A stretch of 64,000 nt of DNA, from the NCBI GenBank assembly GCA_002269645.1, contig NIVC01000578.1, positions 1-64,000 on the forward strand, given 5' to 3'. Below are positions 24,701 through 34,701 of the stretch, one piece after another (position 1 is the stretch's first letter; each line of letters starts with the position of its first letter). The notes under the pieces are model-generated. The model made no database searches. It was not told the DNA's origin and saw nothing but the letters and a program-made list of their open reading frames with translations. This DNA comes from Macrostomum lignano (taxonomy: Eukaryota). The position numbers were made by a program, and so were the translations under genes.

Positions 24701-27700
24701 CGGGGCCGAGGCCTCCCCCGCATAGCAGCGGCACGCTAAACAGTTTATCCCTGCTCAGCGACTGAGCACTGCCTGCCCTACAAGAGGTGAGTTGAGCTGC
24801 CGCGCACTTCTGACCGATTAGCCATGCCTACAGGGTCCTCAGCTCAGAGCGGTGGCTCAATTTTCTTAATTAAATGGAAGCATTGCTTTTGCGAGCTTTC
24901 ATCGCCTGAGCCAGCATGCAGTGTCTTCCGCTGGGCTTCTGTAGGTGGAACTTTCCAATTTGAAAAAATGGGCCGCTTATTTACCAACCCTGACACAAAC
25001 CTTTCCCCAACACAAACTCATTCCCTGACATAAACTCGTTCCCTGACACAAACTCGCTCCCTGACACAAACTCATTCCCTGACACAAACTCATTCCCTGA
25101 CACAAACTCATTCCCTGACACAAACTCATTCCCTGACACAAACTCATTCCCTGACACAAACTCATTCCCTGACACAAACGCATTCCCTGACACAAACTCA
25201 TTCCCTGACACAAACTCATTCCCTGACACAAACTCATTCCCTGACACAAACGCATTCCCTGACACAAACTCATTCCCTGACACAAACTCATTCCCTGACA
25301 CAAACTCATTCCCTGACACAAACTCATTCCCTGACACAAACTCATTCCCTGACACAAACTCATTCCCTGACACAAACTCATTCCCTAACACAAGCCTCAG
25401 CACCTGTCACGCAGTCAAATGATTCTCAAGAGTCAGTCAATGAAATTTGACCAGTCAGGAACTGCCAAACCCACTTCAACAACCAGGCAAGAGCAGAAGT
25501 CTGTAAGCCAGTCAGACCTGAATGAAGACATGCGGCTGACAAAAACTAGCAAAGTTTACCATAGAAACCGGTAATTCCATCTGAACTAATTTGCTCTGAC
25601 CAATCTGTGCTGGATTCCTCTGCCCCATGCTAACCTCTCATTCATAATTGCACAATTTTCTTTGATTTTTACTCGGGCCAAGATATTCCAGGAAATGCAT
25701 GCAGCAGTGTTTGAGCACATGTCCTACTGCCCATATATGCATGCCTAAACTGACTTGGTCAGGGTTTTACGACCTGCTCTCAACGTATTGACCGGGCTTG
25801 GGTGAATTTTTTTAACAAGAACTCGCGGCTGGAATGCAAGTTTTTTTACTGTTTTCTCTTAGATTAGTTTCCGCTTCTTGGGCTGGGTGGGGCTGGCGCG
25901 CTGCGCTTAGAAATGCGCTGAGTTTGGCTGGCAGGGACTCGAGCCTTGGAATTGGGTTTGATTTGAGTGAGGCGGTGAGCGAGACAGTGAGTAAGGCAGT
26001 GACAGGCAGTGAGTGGGACAGCGAGTGAGATAGTGACAGGCAGTGAGTGAGTGAGACAGCAAGTGAGTCAGCAAGTGAGACAGCAAGTGAGACAGCAAGT
26101 GAGACAGCAAATGAGTCAGCAAGTGAGACAGCAAGTGAGACAGCAAGTGAGACAGCAAGTGAGACAGCAAATGAGGCAAGTGAGACAGCAAGTGAGACAG
26201 CAAGTGAGACAGCAAGTGAGACAGCAAGTGAGACAGCAAGTGAGACAGCAAGTGAGACAGCAAGTGAGACAGCAAGTGAGTCAGCAAGTGAGTCAGTAAG
26301 TGAGACAGCAAGTGAGACAGCAAGTGAGACAGCAAGTGAGACAGCAAGTGAGATAGTGAGTCAGCAAGTGAGTCAGCAAGTGAGTCAGCAAGTGAGTCAG
26401 TAAGTGAGACAGTAAGTAAGGCCTGTGAATAAGGCTGTGGGTAAGAGGTTGAGTAAAACATAGAGTGAGGCAGTGGGTGAGGCAGTGAGAGAGGGGATGC
26501 GTTGAGCAGTTTGAAGACCCAGTTCAGGCTGGAGTTCTCAGCCCGGGCTCCGCAGGCCATCGGAGATGCCCCCCCCCCGATCCCAGGGCCATCATTCAAA
26601 GCTGATTAATTTCGCAGCTTATGGCACGAGCTCAGTTTCACAGGCGCCCCGCTCATCCCTGCCAGGGTTGTCTCAGATTTTCTGAGTCTGATGAATGCCC
26701 CGCCCAGGCTGAGCCCGCCGGGAGGGACAGGCAGGCAGGGGGAGAAAGGCTCGGGAAGAAATTATCCCGAAAATATCCCCCCGCTCGACATGGGAAATTG
26801 CGGCGCGAGGAAGTTCTTCCAATCTCCAGTTTATTAGAAATTATGCCTCGACCGCTTGCCCACTTTGGCCAGCCGTGATTGATGGCTGCGGCCTACCGGG
26901 CTTCCCCAGCAGCAGCTGATTGATCCCCGCCGCCCGGGGAGATAAAAATCCCCGGCTCCAGCAATCTCGGATTTTGTGGCCTTTGCTGGGCAAAAACCTG
27001 CAGGTTTCTTCCGACCTGATTTTGCCTGTCTAACAGGTGCAGATTGAGTCTGTCTAACAGGTGCAGATTGAGTCTGTCTAACAGGTGCAGATTGAGTCTG
27101 TCTAACAGGTGCAGATTGAGTCTGTCTAACAGGTGCAGATTGAGTCTGTCTAACAGGTGTAGATTATGCCTGTCTAACAGGTGTAGATTATGCCTGTCTA
27201 ACAGGTGTATATTATGCCTGTCTAACAGGTTCAGATTATGCCTGTCTAACAGATGTAGATTATGCCTGTCTAACAGGTGCAGATTGTGCCTGTCTAACAG
27301 GTGCAGATTGTGCCTGTCTAACAGGTGTATATTATGCCTGTCTAACAGGTGTAGATTATGCCTGTCTAACAGGTGCAGATTGTGCCTGTCTAACAGGTGC
27401 AGATTGTGCCTGTCTAACAGGTGTATATTATGCCTGTCTAACAGGTGTAGATTATGCCTGTCTAACAGGTTCAGATTATGCCTGTCTAACAGATGTAGAT
27501 TATGCCTGTCTAACAGGTTCAGATTATGCCTGTCTAACAGATGTAGATTATGCCTGTCTAACAGGTGCAGATTGTGCCTGTCTAACAGGTGCAGATTGTG
27601 CCTGTCTAACAGGTGCAGATTGTGTCTGTCTAACAGGTGTAGATTGTGCCTGTCTAACAGGTGCAGATTGTGTCTCTCCAACAGGTGCAGATTGCGCCTG

Positions 27701-30700
27701 TCTAACAGGTGCAGGTTTTGCCTTAACAGGTATCAGACGGTGGCCAGGACACAGAAGCAGTGGCCATTGTTATTTCGGGGCCTTATCAACCCAAATGAGG
27801 TGAGCATTACCCACCCAGCAGCCAGACAGATGCAGGCCCGCCTACAGACCCTGGACGGGTTGTCTGCTCTGGGAGACTGGCAAAAATTATGCATAGATGA
27901 GGCCGCATCCCGCTTTGCTCTAGGCCAGGGAGATCCTGAACCAGGATCTGGAAAGCCAGTTCTTCCTCAAATCCTCATTTTCCAGACGCGATTGGGCTGG
28001 CAGGTGCTTGATGTATATTTTTATTAACTCGATCTCATTTTAATGTTGACAAGAATTCTCAGCATCTCACTTCAAAGTCATCTCGATTTCCTAGATATGG
28101 ACTGCGTAGTGCTTCCGATGGAACTCTAAAAAAGCAAAAAAATCTACATTTTTACAGGTACCGATAGATTTCATGACGTCCAACAGTTTGACTCCATTGT
28201 CTCCAATGACGGACACTGAGTCAGTCAGGAACCCCGCCAGGAAGTCTGGGGATTTGGCAGGAGTCCGCGCTCCAGACTCTGGTTCAAGGCCTCCTTGGCC
28301 AGGCCCTGTAATTTACCCCCCCCCCCCGAGACCGCATCGGGGTGTGCGCTCACATTGATTGATGAAGCCAGGCCTGATTAAGATCGGCCAGGAGTCTGTG
28401 ACGCATTTTGAGCAGCGCCGCATCGCCGGGTGAATATCGTCTGAGAGTAGTCGAACTTTGTTGTTCTTTGCTCCCAACGGGATAATTTTAGACCGACTCT
28501 GCTGACGCGCGGGGAGCAAGGGGGAGTATTTTCCTCTGGGATTCAGAAATAGCTCTTCCCCTCGCCCCCTCTCCCGCCTCCTCTTTCCTAAGGGCGGGGG
28601 CTGATCGATCAGCAGCATCATCATCGCTCTCAGGCATCCCCCGATCTATTTATAGAAGCCGAGAGTTCGGGCTATTTTCGGGCAGGGGTTGCGTCACTGC
28701 TTGCAGAAGAGAGAGGGGGAATCCCGCCTAGGGCTGAGCTGCAGCTGGCAGAGCCGCCCCCGCTTATCCGACCCGGTTGAGCAGCTCCTGCGCTGCCAAA
28801 TTTCTGTCTTTTTTTATCTCAGCTGCCTGCTGCGCCTTTCCGCCTCCACTTGCTGTGCCGCAGCCAGTTTGAATAGTGAGCTGATAAGCAGCAGGTTGGG
28901 GGGGGGGTCTTATCTCCTAGCGCTGACCCCGCAGACAGACAGGCCCAGCTTGGAGACACCCGGCCCAGAGCTGGGGGTGCATTGTAGCTTCTCAGCCGAG
29001 CTGCTGCCACCTTCACCCCAACTCCCACTTCTCTTCAGTGCAGCTGACTTGGGATCTGGGAAAACCAGCAGCTGCCAGACTGGGAATCGATGGAGAGAAA
29101 AATCCCGCCTCGGAAGGCGTCTCTTGCGGAAACGTTTGACAATTTGCAGCAGAATCTGACATGAACTGGCGCCATCGCTTTGAGTATCAGGGATGCACCA
29201 CTGTGTGTTAAATAGAATGCCTTAGGCTCTCTAAGCGTCAGGAATGTAACACTCTCTGCGCCTTTGGAGTTGGCCCTCACGGGTGGGTGGAACTCCATTT
29301 TCAAATGGAACTTTCTGTATCCCAACAGTTCACTTTTACACTGGCAGCATCATTTCTCAATGAAACAGAACGCTTGCATCGGAGATGAGCCGCAAATCCC
29401 GGCAGAGATAAGCAGCAGGCTCAGACCGCCTGCCGTCTGTCAGGGGGAGGCGGGGGAGGCAACGCCAGCCTGGGGAGGCCAAGGAGCAGCCTGTGTGACA
29501 GCGGCTCATTTGTACGGCCACCCAAAACCCCCTCAACTGCTTCCCCCCAAAAAAGCCGGCCTGGCAACAAATCAGCCAAGCGGAAGGCGGTGACACCAGC
29601 CAGACTCCACTCTGCTCAGCTGCTCAGCTACCCCCCCCTCCTCCAGCCTGGCATTGGGGCGCGGTGGGCACCCAGTGGTAAAGGGCAGGGGATGACAAGC
29701 AGGCGGGCGGAACCAGAGCATAAAATAACAAGCGGCAGCCCGGCGCGCTACACCATCTTCATTCATATTCAAGTCACTTGACGAATTTCCGCAGGGAGCC
29801 CCGCCAGGTGCTGCTGAGCCTCGACCCCGGTTGCAGCAGCTCCGGCAGCAGCAGCGCCAACGGCAGCAGCGGCGGAGGCCCCGGCCTCGGCTTCAACATT
29901 GTCGGCGGCCAGGACGGCGCCGGCGTCTTCGTGAGCGGCCTGCTGCCAGGCGGCATCGCCGAGCGCTCCCGACGACTGCGCCGCGGTGACCAGCTGCTGG
30001 CGGTGAACGGCGCCGATCTCTGCCGGGCCGGACACTGCGAAGCGGCCGCGGCTCTCAAATCGGCGGTCGCGGCGGCAGCAGCGGCAAGCAAAAGCGGCAA
30101 GGCGGGCGCGGTGCAGCTGCTGGTCGCCTACCGGCCAGAGGAGTTCACGCGGTTCCAAGCGCGGGTCCTGCGCGCCAAAGAGCTTCAGCAGCAACAGCAG
30201 GCAGCGGCCGCGGCGGCAGAGGCAATGCTCCCAACGGCTGATGCTGACGGTGACGCGGACGTCGGCACGGCGACGCTGAAGACAACGCAGAAGCGCAGCG
30301 TCTACGTCCGAGCTGAGTTCGACTTCGACCCGGCGCGCGAGTCCGGGCTGCCGAACCGCGGCATCGCCTTCCGGCGCGGCGACATCCTGCACGTCACCAA
30401 CGCCTCCGACGACGAGTGGTGGCAGGCGCGCCGAGTTGGCAACTCCGGCAGCCAGGCCAGCTTCGGCATCGTGCCGTCCAAGCGACGGGTTGAGCGGCGC
30501 GAGCGGGCAAAGCTGCGCAAAGTCAACTTCAACAACAGCCGCAGCGGCAGCGGCGGAGGCGGCTCGACCGAGACCAGCCTCGACGGCAGCAGCGGCGGCA
30601 GAGGCGGCGGCGGCTCGCTGGACCGCAGCTCCGCCAAGAAGAAGCCGTCATTGCTGCAGCGGCTGCACATCGGCCACCACCACCACCACCACCATCACCA

Positions 30701-32086
30701 CGACCACCAGTCCGGCCAGCAGCAGCGAAGCCTCCAGGAAGACGACGACGACTTGGTCTCGGCGGCCGCGACAGCTTCGGGTGGCTCCACCGAGGCCGGC
30801 AGCCAGCGAATTCCGTCCTACGAGCTGGTGCGGCAGACCAAGCCAACGGCCACCCGGCCAATCATTCTGCTGGGCCCGCTGCGCGACCAGCTGAATGACG
30901 CCCTGGCCAGCAACTACCCGGACCGGTTCGCCAGCTGCGTTCCGCACACCACCCGGGCGCCGCGGGAGGGCGAGGAGGACGGCCGGGACTACCACTTCGT
31001 GGCCAGCCGCGAGCAGATGGAGCGGGATATCGCCGGCCAGCAGTTCGTGGAGGCCGGCCGCTACAACGGCAATCTGTACGGCACCTCCGTCCAGAGTGTC
31101 CGGGCCGTGGCGGACAGCGGCCGGCACTGCATCCTGGACGTGTCCGGCCAGGCCATTCGGCGGCTGGAGGCGGCCGGCCTGCACCCTATTGTGATCTTCT
31201 TGCGGCCGCTGGCGCCGGAGAACATCGCGCAGCTGCGGCCGGAGGTCGGGCCAGAGCAGGCGGCCGCGCTGTTTGAGAAGGCCGGCAAGATCGAAGCAGA
31301 GTTTGGCAGCATGTTCACTGGTGAGGCCTCGCATGTCAGAAAATGCGTCAGAAAAATGTCAAGGAATGTGTCGAAAAAATGTGTCAAAAAAGACGAATGT
31401 CAACGGTTTGTCAGACGAATGTCAGACGGTTCATCGAATGTCGGACGGTTCATCAAATGTCGGACGATGTGTCACACGAATTAATGTCGAATTTTGAACG
31501 AATGTGTCAGACGAAGTGTCAGACGATGTGTCAGACGAATGTGTCAGACGATGTGTCAGACGAATGTGTCAGACGATGTGTCAGACGATGTGTCAGACGA
31601 TGTGTCAGACGAATGTGTCAGACGATGTGTCAGACGAATGTGTCAGACGATGTGTCAGAAGAATGTGTCAGACGATGTGTCAAGCGAATGTGTCAGACAA
31701 ATGTGTTGGAATGCCAGAATGTCAGACTACGCATTCAAAATAATTTCAGACGATCTGTCCGCTAAAAACATTTCGGATGTTGTGTCAGGTGAATATCTTG
31801 CGGTGTGTGGTGTGTCAGGAGAACCATAGAAATTTGCACCAGGCGGTGTCAGTAAAACCCAGTCAGCCAGTTTCAAATTATTTTATTCATGCAAAGCTGG
31901 GCGTGAACATTCAGATAGGAATTCACCCGGTCGCTCGCTTATCCCTGATCGACTCAAACCAAACCCGACCCTGCAGCCGCTGTCTCGGGCAGCACAGTGG
32001 AGGACCTGTTCGCCCAGGTCAGGCGCGTCATCGCCCAGCACGCCGACCAGATGGTGTGGGTCGCCTGCACCGACGACCAGCTGTGA
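9769..32086 (+). CDS. DLG1: Discs large homolog (L27-PDZ1-PDZ2-PDZ3-SH3-HOOK-GK MAGUK). Exons 9769-9787, 11713-11844, 11948-12084, 13613-14036, 14552-14908, 21621-21750, 29795-31320, 31977-32086 (~944 aa), plus an optional in-phase exon at 17537-17602
   Basis: Spliced N-terminus MPINKQDATRALELLEQYQ...[28 protein letters not shown] is the DLG L27 domain. PDZ motifs GFGFSIAGG, GLGFSIAGG and GLGFNIVGG; SH3 YVRAEFDFDP...DDEWWQAR; GK FASCVPHTTRAPREGEEDGRDYHFV; C-terminus MVWVACTDDQL*. All junctions are GT-AG with matching phases; 21750/29795 restores T-R-E-P-R before PDZ3. Confidence 0.93.
12131..12485. repeat. 23-bp minisatellite (CAGGCTATTCAGTGACTGGATAA), ~15 copies
   Basis: Tandem copies in a DLG intron. 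Confidence 0.9.
14143..14511. repeat. 13-bp minisatellite (CTCACCTCTCGGA), ~28 copies
   Basis: Tandem copies filling the intron between the PDZ1 and PDZ2 exons. Confidence 0.95.
14916..15515. repeat. 32-bp minisatellite (GACTCATCTGTATGTGCTCAGCTATGGTTGCT), ~19 copies
   Basis: Starts immediately after the PDZ2 exon donor (14909). Confidence 0.95.
16205..17185. repeat. Compound minisatellite: 35-bp unit (~16205-16398) followed by a 39-bp unit (~16391-17185, ~20 copies)
   Basis: Units GGGTCAGCTGACCCAGCCAATAAGTCTGTACAGGT and GACCCAGTGAGTGTGTAGAGATTGGGTCAGCCATCTCCT. Confidence 0.9.
17606..17890. repeat. Degenerate ~24-bp minisatellite (CTGACTGAGCTGCATGACCATACA-like)
   Basis: Begins at the GTAAG donor at 17603 and decays downstream. 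Confidence 0.75.
17903..18543. repeat. 19-bp minisatellite (CAGTCATGAGGTCACAATG), ~33 copies
   Basis: Tandem copies read directly. Confidence 0.95.
19865..20727. repeat. 45-bp minisatellite (AGGCATGTCCGGGTGACGGATGGCGTGCTGTCTTCAGGTTTGTGT), ~19 copies
   Basis: Tandem copies; the repetitive ORFs on both strands are by-products. Confidence 0.95.
21763..22177. repeat. 21-bp minisatellite (CAGATGTGTGAATGAGGAGTT-like), ~19 copies
   Basis: Starts ~12 nt after the donor at 21751. Confidence 0.9.
22785..24140. repeat. ~1.3-kb polypyrimidine/polypurine (CTCTCCC-like) low-complexity tract
   Basis: Almost only C and T on the + strand. Confidence 0.95.
24990..25395. repeat. 18-bp minisatellite (TTCCCTGACACAAACTCA), ~22 copies
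   Basis: Tandem copies read directly. Confidence 0.95.
26045..26412. repeat. 12-bp minisatellite (AGCAAGTGAGAC), ~30 copies
   Basis: Tandem copies read directly. Confidence 0.95.
27025..27730. repeat. 24-bp minisatellite (TGTCTAACAGGTGCAGATTGTGCC-like), ~29 copies
   Basis: Tandem copies with patterned variants. Confidence 0.95.
31335..31715. repeat. 12/13-bp minisatellite (TGTGTCAGACGA[A]) in the last DLG intron
   Basis: Starts just after the donor at 31321. Confidence 0.9.
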
Positions 32087-32791
32087 TCTGCCGCGGTTCA
32101 CTGCAGCGGAAGCCGACTCTTGCACAGTCGCGCCAGTCACTGAGCCGCCCATTTTACACGCTCAACAAATGTGCTTATCTGCTTAGCCAATGTTCTCAGT
32201 GACAGTTCTTAAGCGCCCGCGCCCAGTATTTGGAAGCCAGCCGGCACCCCCTGCTGTGCAGCCCCACCCCCCGGCAGTAGCAGGAAAAGAGGCTTTATTT
32301 CTTAGAAAAGGCTGGCTTCAGGCGAAAATGCACTGCCGAGATGTACCTTGAACAGTATTGAACAGCCAATGAAGTTAATGATGCGGTGACACCTACTCGT
32401 GCAACATGAGCAGGAGTTGATTGAAGAATAAATTAAAAATACGATGCCTCGAACAAAAAAGCAATTCTTATCTTGGAAAGTGCACTTTGAGCGTCAAGCT
32501 GGCCTTCAAATCATGCTTTCTAAGAAATCTTAATATCCTTCTAACTGCGTATTCCTGGAGTCTCTATAAATTGTATTCTCGCACCCGTTCTCAGATGGAT
32601 CAGCAAAAGCCCGGCCGGCCTGAGCTCACTGAGTGAATTGAACTTCAAAATCTTGCTTTTGTCGCTGCCTGGAAGCGGCCATTCTAGCGATACGCCTCAA
32701 TAAACCAAACTCAGTCTTGTACTCGGATTTTCAGATAAATCCCTTCGGTCCGCAGCTTGCCTCTCAGTTATTTGACGGCTAAAGGCCACTA

Positions 32792-33112
32792 GGGAAATGG
32801 GGAGCCAGGGACAGATGAAGCAGGGGGATTCTGCATTGGGGAATATGGGGAGCCAGGGACAGATGAAGCAGGGGGATTCTGCATTGGGAAATATGGGGAG
32901 CCAGGGACAGATGAAGCAGGGGGATTCTGCATTGGGGAATATGGGGAGCATGGGACAGATGAAGCAGGATTCTGCATTGGGAAATATGGAGAGCCAGGGA
33001 CAGATGAAGCAGGGGGATTCTGCATTGGGGAATATGGGGAGCCAGGGACAGATGAAGCAGGATTCTGCACTGGGGAATATGAGGAGCCAGGGACAGATGA
33101 AGCAGGATTCTG
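32792..33112. repeat. 45/48-bp minisatellite (GGGAGCCAGGGACAGATGAAGCAG[GGG]GATTCTGCATTGGGAAATATG), ~7 copies
   Basis: Tandem copies downstream of the DLG stop codon. Confidence 0.9.
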
Positions 33113-33984
33113 TACTGGTTCGGTCTCCAGATGCAATCATCATGAGAAAATCTGCTCGATAAACTTACGAGTGCTCCTCAGTTGTTTAATTTTTTTCGAT
33201 TCCGGAGATCCAGAAGCTGAGATATTGTGAGTGCTGCACTAAAAGCTGAAAACTGAAAGTGTGTCGAAATGTTCTGCTGTAATTTAGATCTTTTGAAAAG
33301 TGCTCACCCCTGAGCTGCCCGGGAAAAGCTCTCGGCTATTTTTGGAAACATTGAAGTCACCCTCCTTGAAAGCAGCATTTTTAACTCAAAGCTTGAGAAG
33401 CCGCGGTCAGCTGGCTTTCATTCAGCTCAAATTGCCTCAAAATGCCTCCCGAGTGCCGCCGGCAACGCCCGCGCTCCCGGTCCGGGGAGGTGCAGCTGGA
33501 ATGCGGGGATATTTTTAGCCAGGCCGATTTGCTGAGCTCGACAGATGCTGGATGCGTCATCTCAGTTGCCGCTTCAGTGGGATTGCGTGCAATGCGGAAT
33601 TCGATCGTCGGACAGCGGGCACAGCGCACGGGTGAAGAAGTTCAAAGAAATGGAAATCGGGAAGCACAGGCAATTATCAGTAAATTAAGATTAAATTTCT
33701 GCTGTTCAAAGCAGCATGCCGAGGATAAATTGAGCTATTTAGCACAACACGTGCCGCGTGAATCTATAGAAGTACTGCCACAGAGGAGCAGGGACTTCCT
33801 GGGTCCAGTATTTACAATAGGAATGGCCGAGCCAAATAATTAAACAGCTAAATAGAGCTCGATTAGCAATCCAGGCTAGATTAATGAGCAACTATGAATA
33901 TCGTTAGCAATTCATGATTTGGGCCAGAGAATAGGACTAATTAGAACTAGCATTCAATGACTGGGATAAGCATTTCATTCTTAG

Positions 33985-34680
33985 GATTAGCAGTCCATGA
34001 TTGAATGATTAGCAGTCCATGATTGAATGATTAGCAGTCCATGACTGAATGATTAGCAGTCCATTACTGAATGATTAGCAGTCCATGACTGAATGATTAG
34101 CAGTCCATGACTGAATGATTAGCAGTCCATGACTGAATGATTAGCAGTCCATGACTGAATGATTAGCAGTCCATGACTGAATGATTAGCAGTCCATGACT
34201 GAATGATTAGCAGTCCATGACTGAATGATTAGCAGTCCATGACTGAATGATAAGCAGTCCATGACTGAATGATAAGCAGTCCATGACTGAATGATTAGCA
34301 GTCCATGACTGAATGATAAGCAGTCCATGACTGAATGATTAGCAGTCCATGACTGAATGATTAGCAGTCCATGACTGAATGATTAGCAGTCCATGACTGA
34401 ATGATAAGCAGTCCATGACTGAATGATTAGCAGTCCATGACTGAATGATAAGCAGTCCATGACTGAATGATTAGCAGTCCATGACTGAATGATAAGCAGT
34501 CCATGACTGAATGATTAGCAGTCCATGACTGAATGATTAGCAGTCCATGACTGAATGATTAGCAGTCCATGACTGAATGATAAGCAGTCCATGACTGAAT
34601 GATTAGCAGTCCATGACTGAATGATAAGCAGTCCATGACTGAATGATAAGCAGTCCATGACTGAATGATAAGCAGTCCAT
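33985..34680. repeat. 22-bp minisatellite (TTAGCAGTCCATGACTGAATGA), ~31 copies
   Basis: Ends ~20 bp from the stop codon of the ATG16-like gene. Confidence 0.95.
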
Positions 34681-34701
34681 AGGCAAGACCGACAGCCAGG
34701 G

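Noticed and set aside
16385-27681. Long repetitive ORFs (16385-17224, 19585-20740, 22739-24190, 24977-25403, 25907-26599, 26893-28027)
   Set aside because: They coincide with tandem repeats or low-complexity tracts whose units lack stops; open on both strands and inside DLG introns.
31321-31484. C-terminal extension of the 568-aa DLG ORF (GEASHVRKC...)
   Set aside because: Read-through past the donor at 31321 into intronic repeat; the conserved end is in exon 31977-32086.
12131-34680. Regular arrays as possible CRISPR arrays
   Set aside because: Units are head-to-tail with no unique spacers, there are no cas genes, and the context is eukaryotic.
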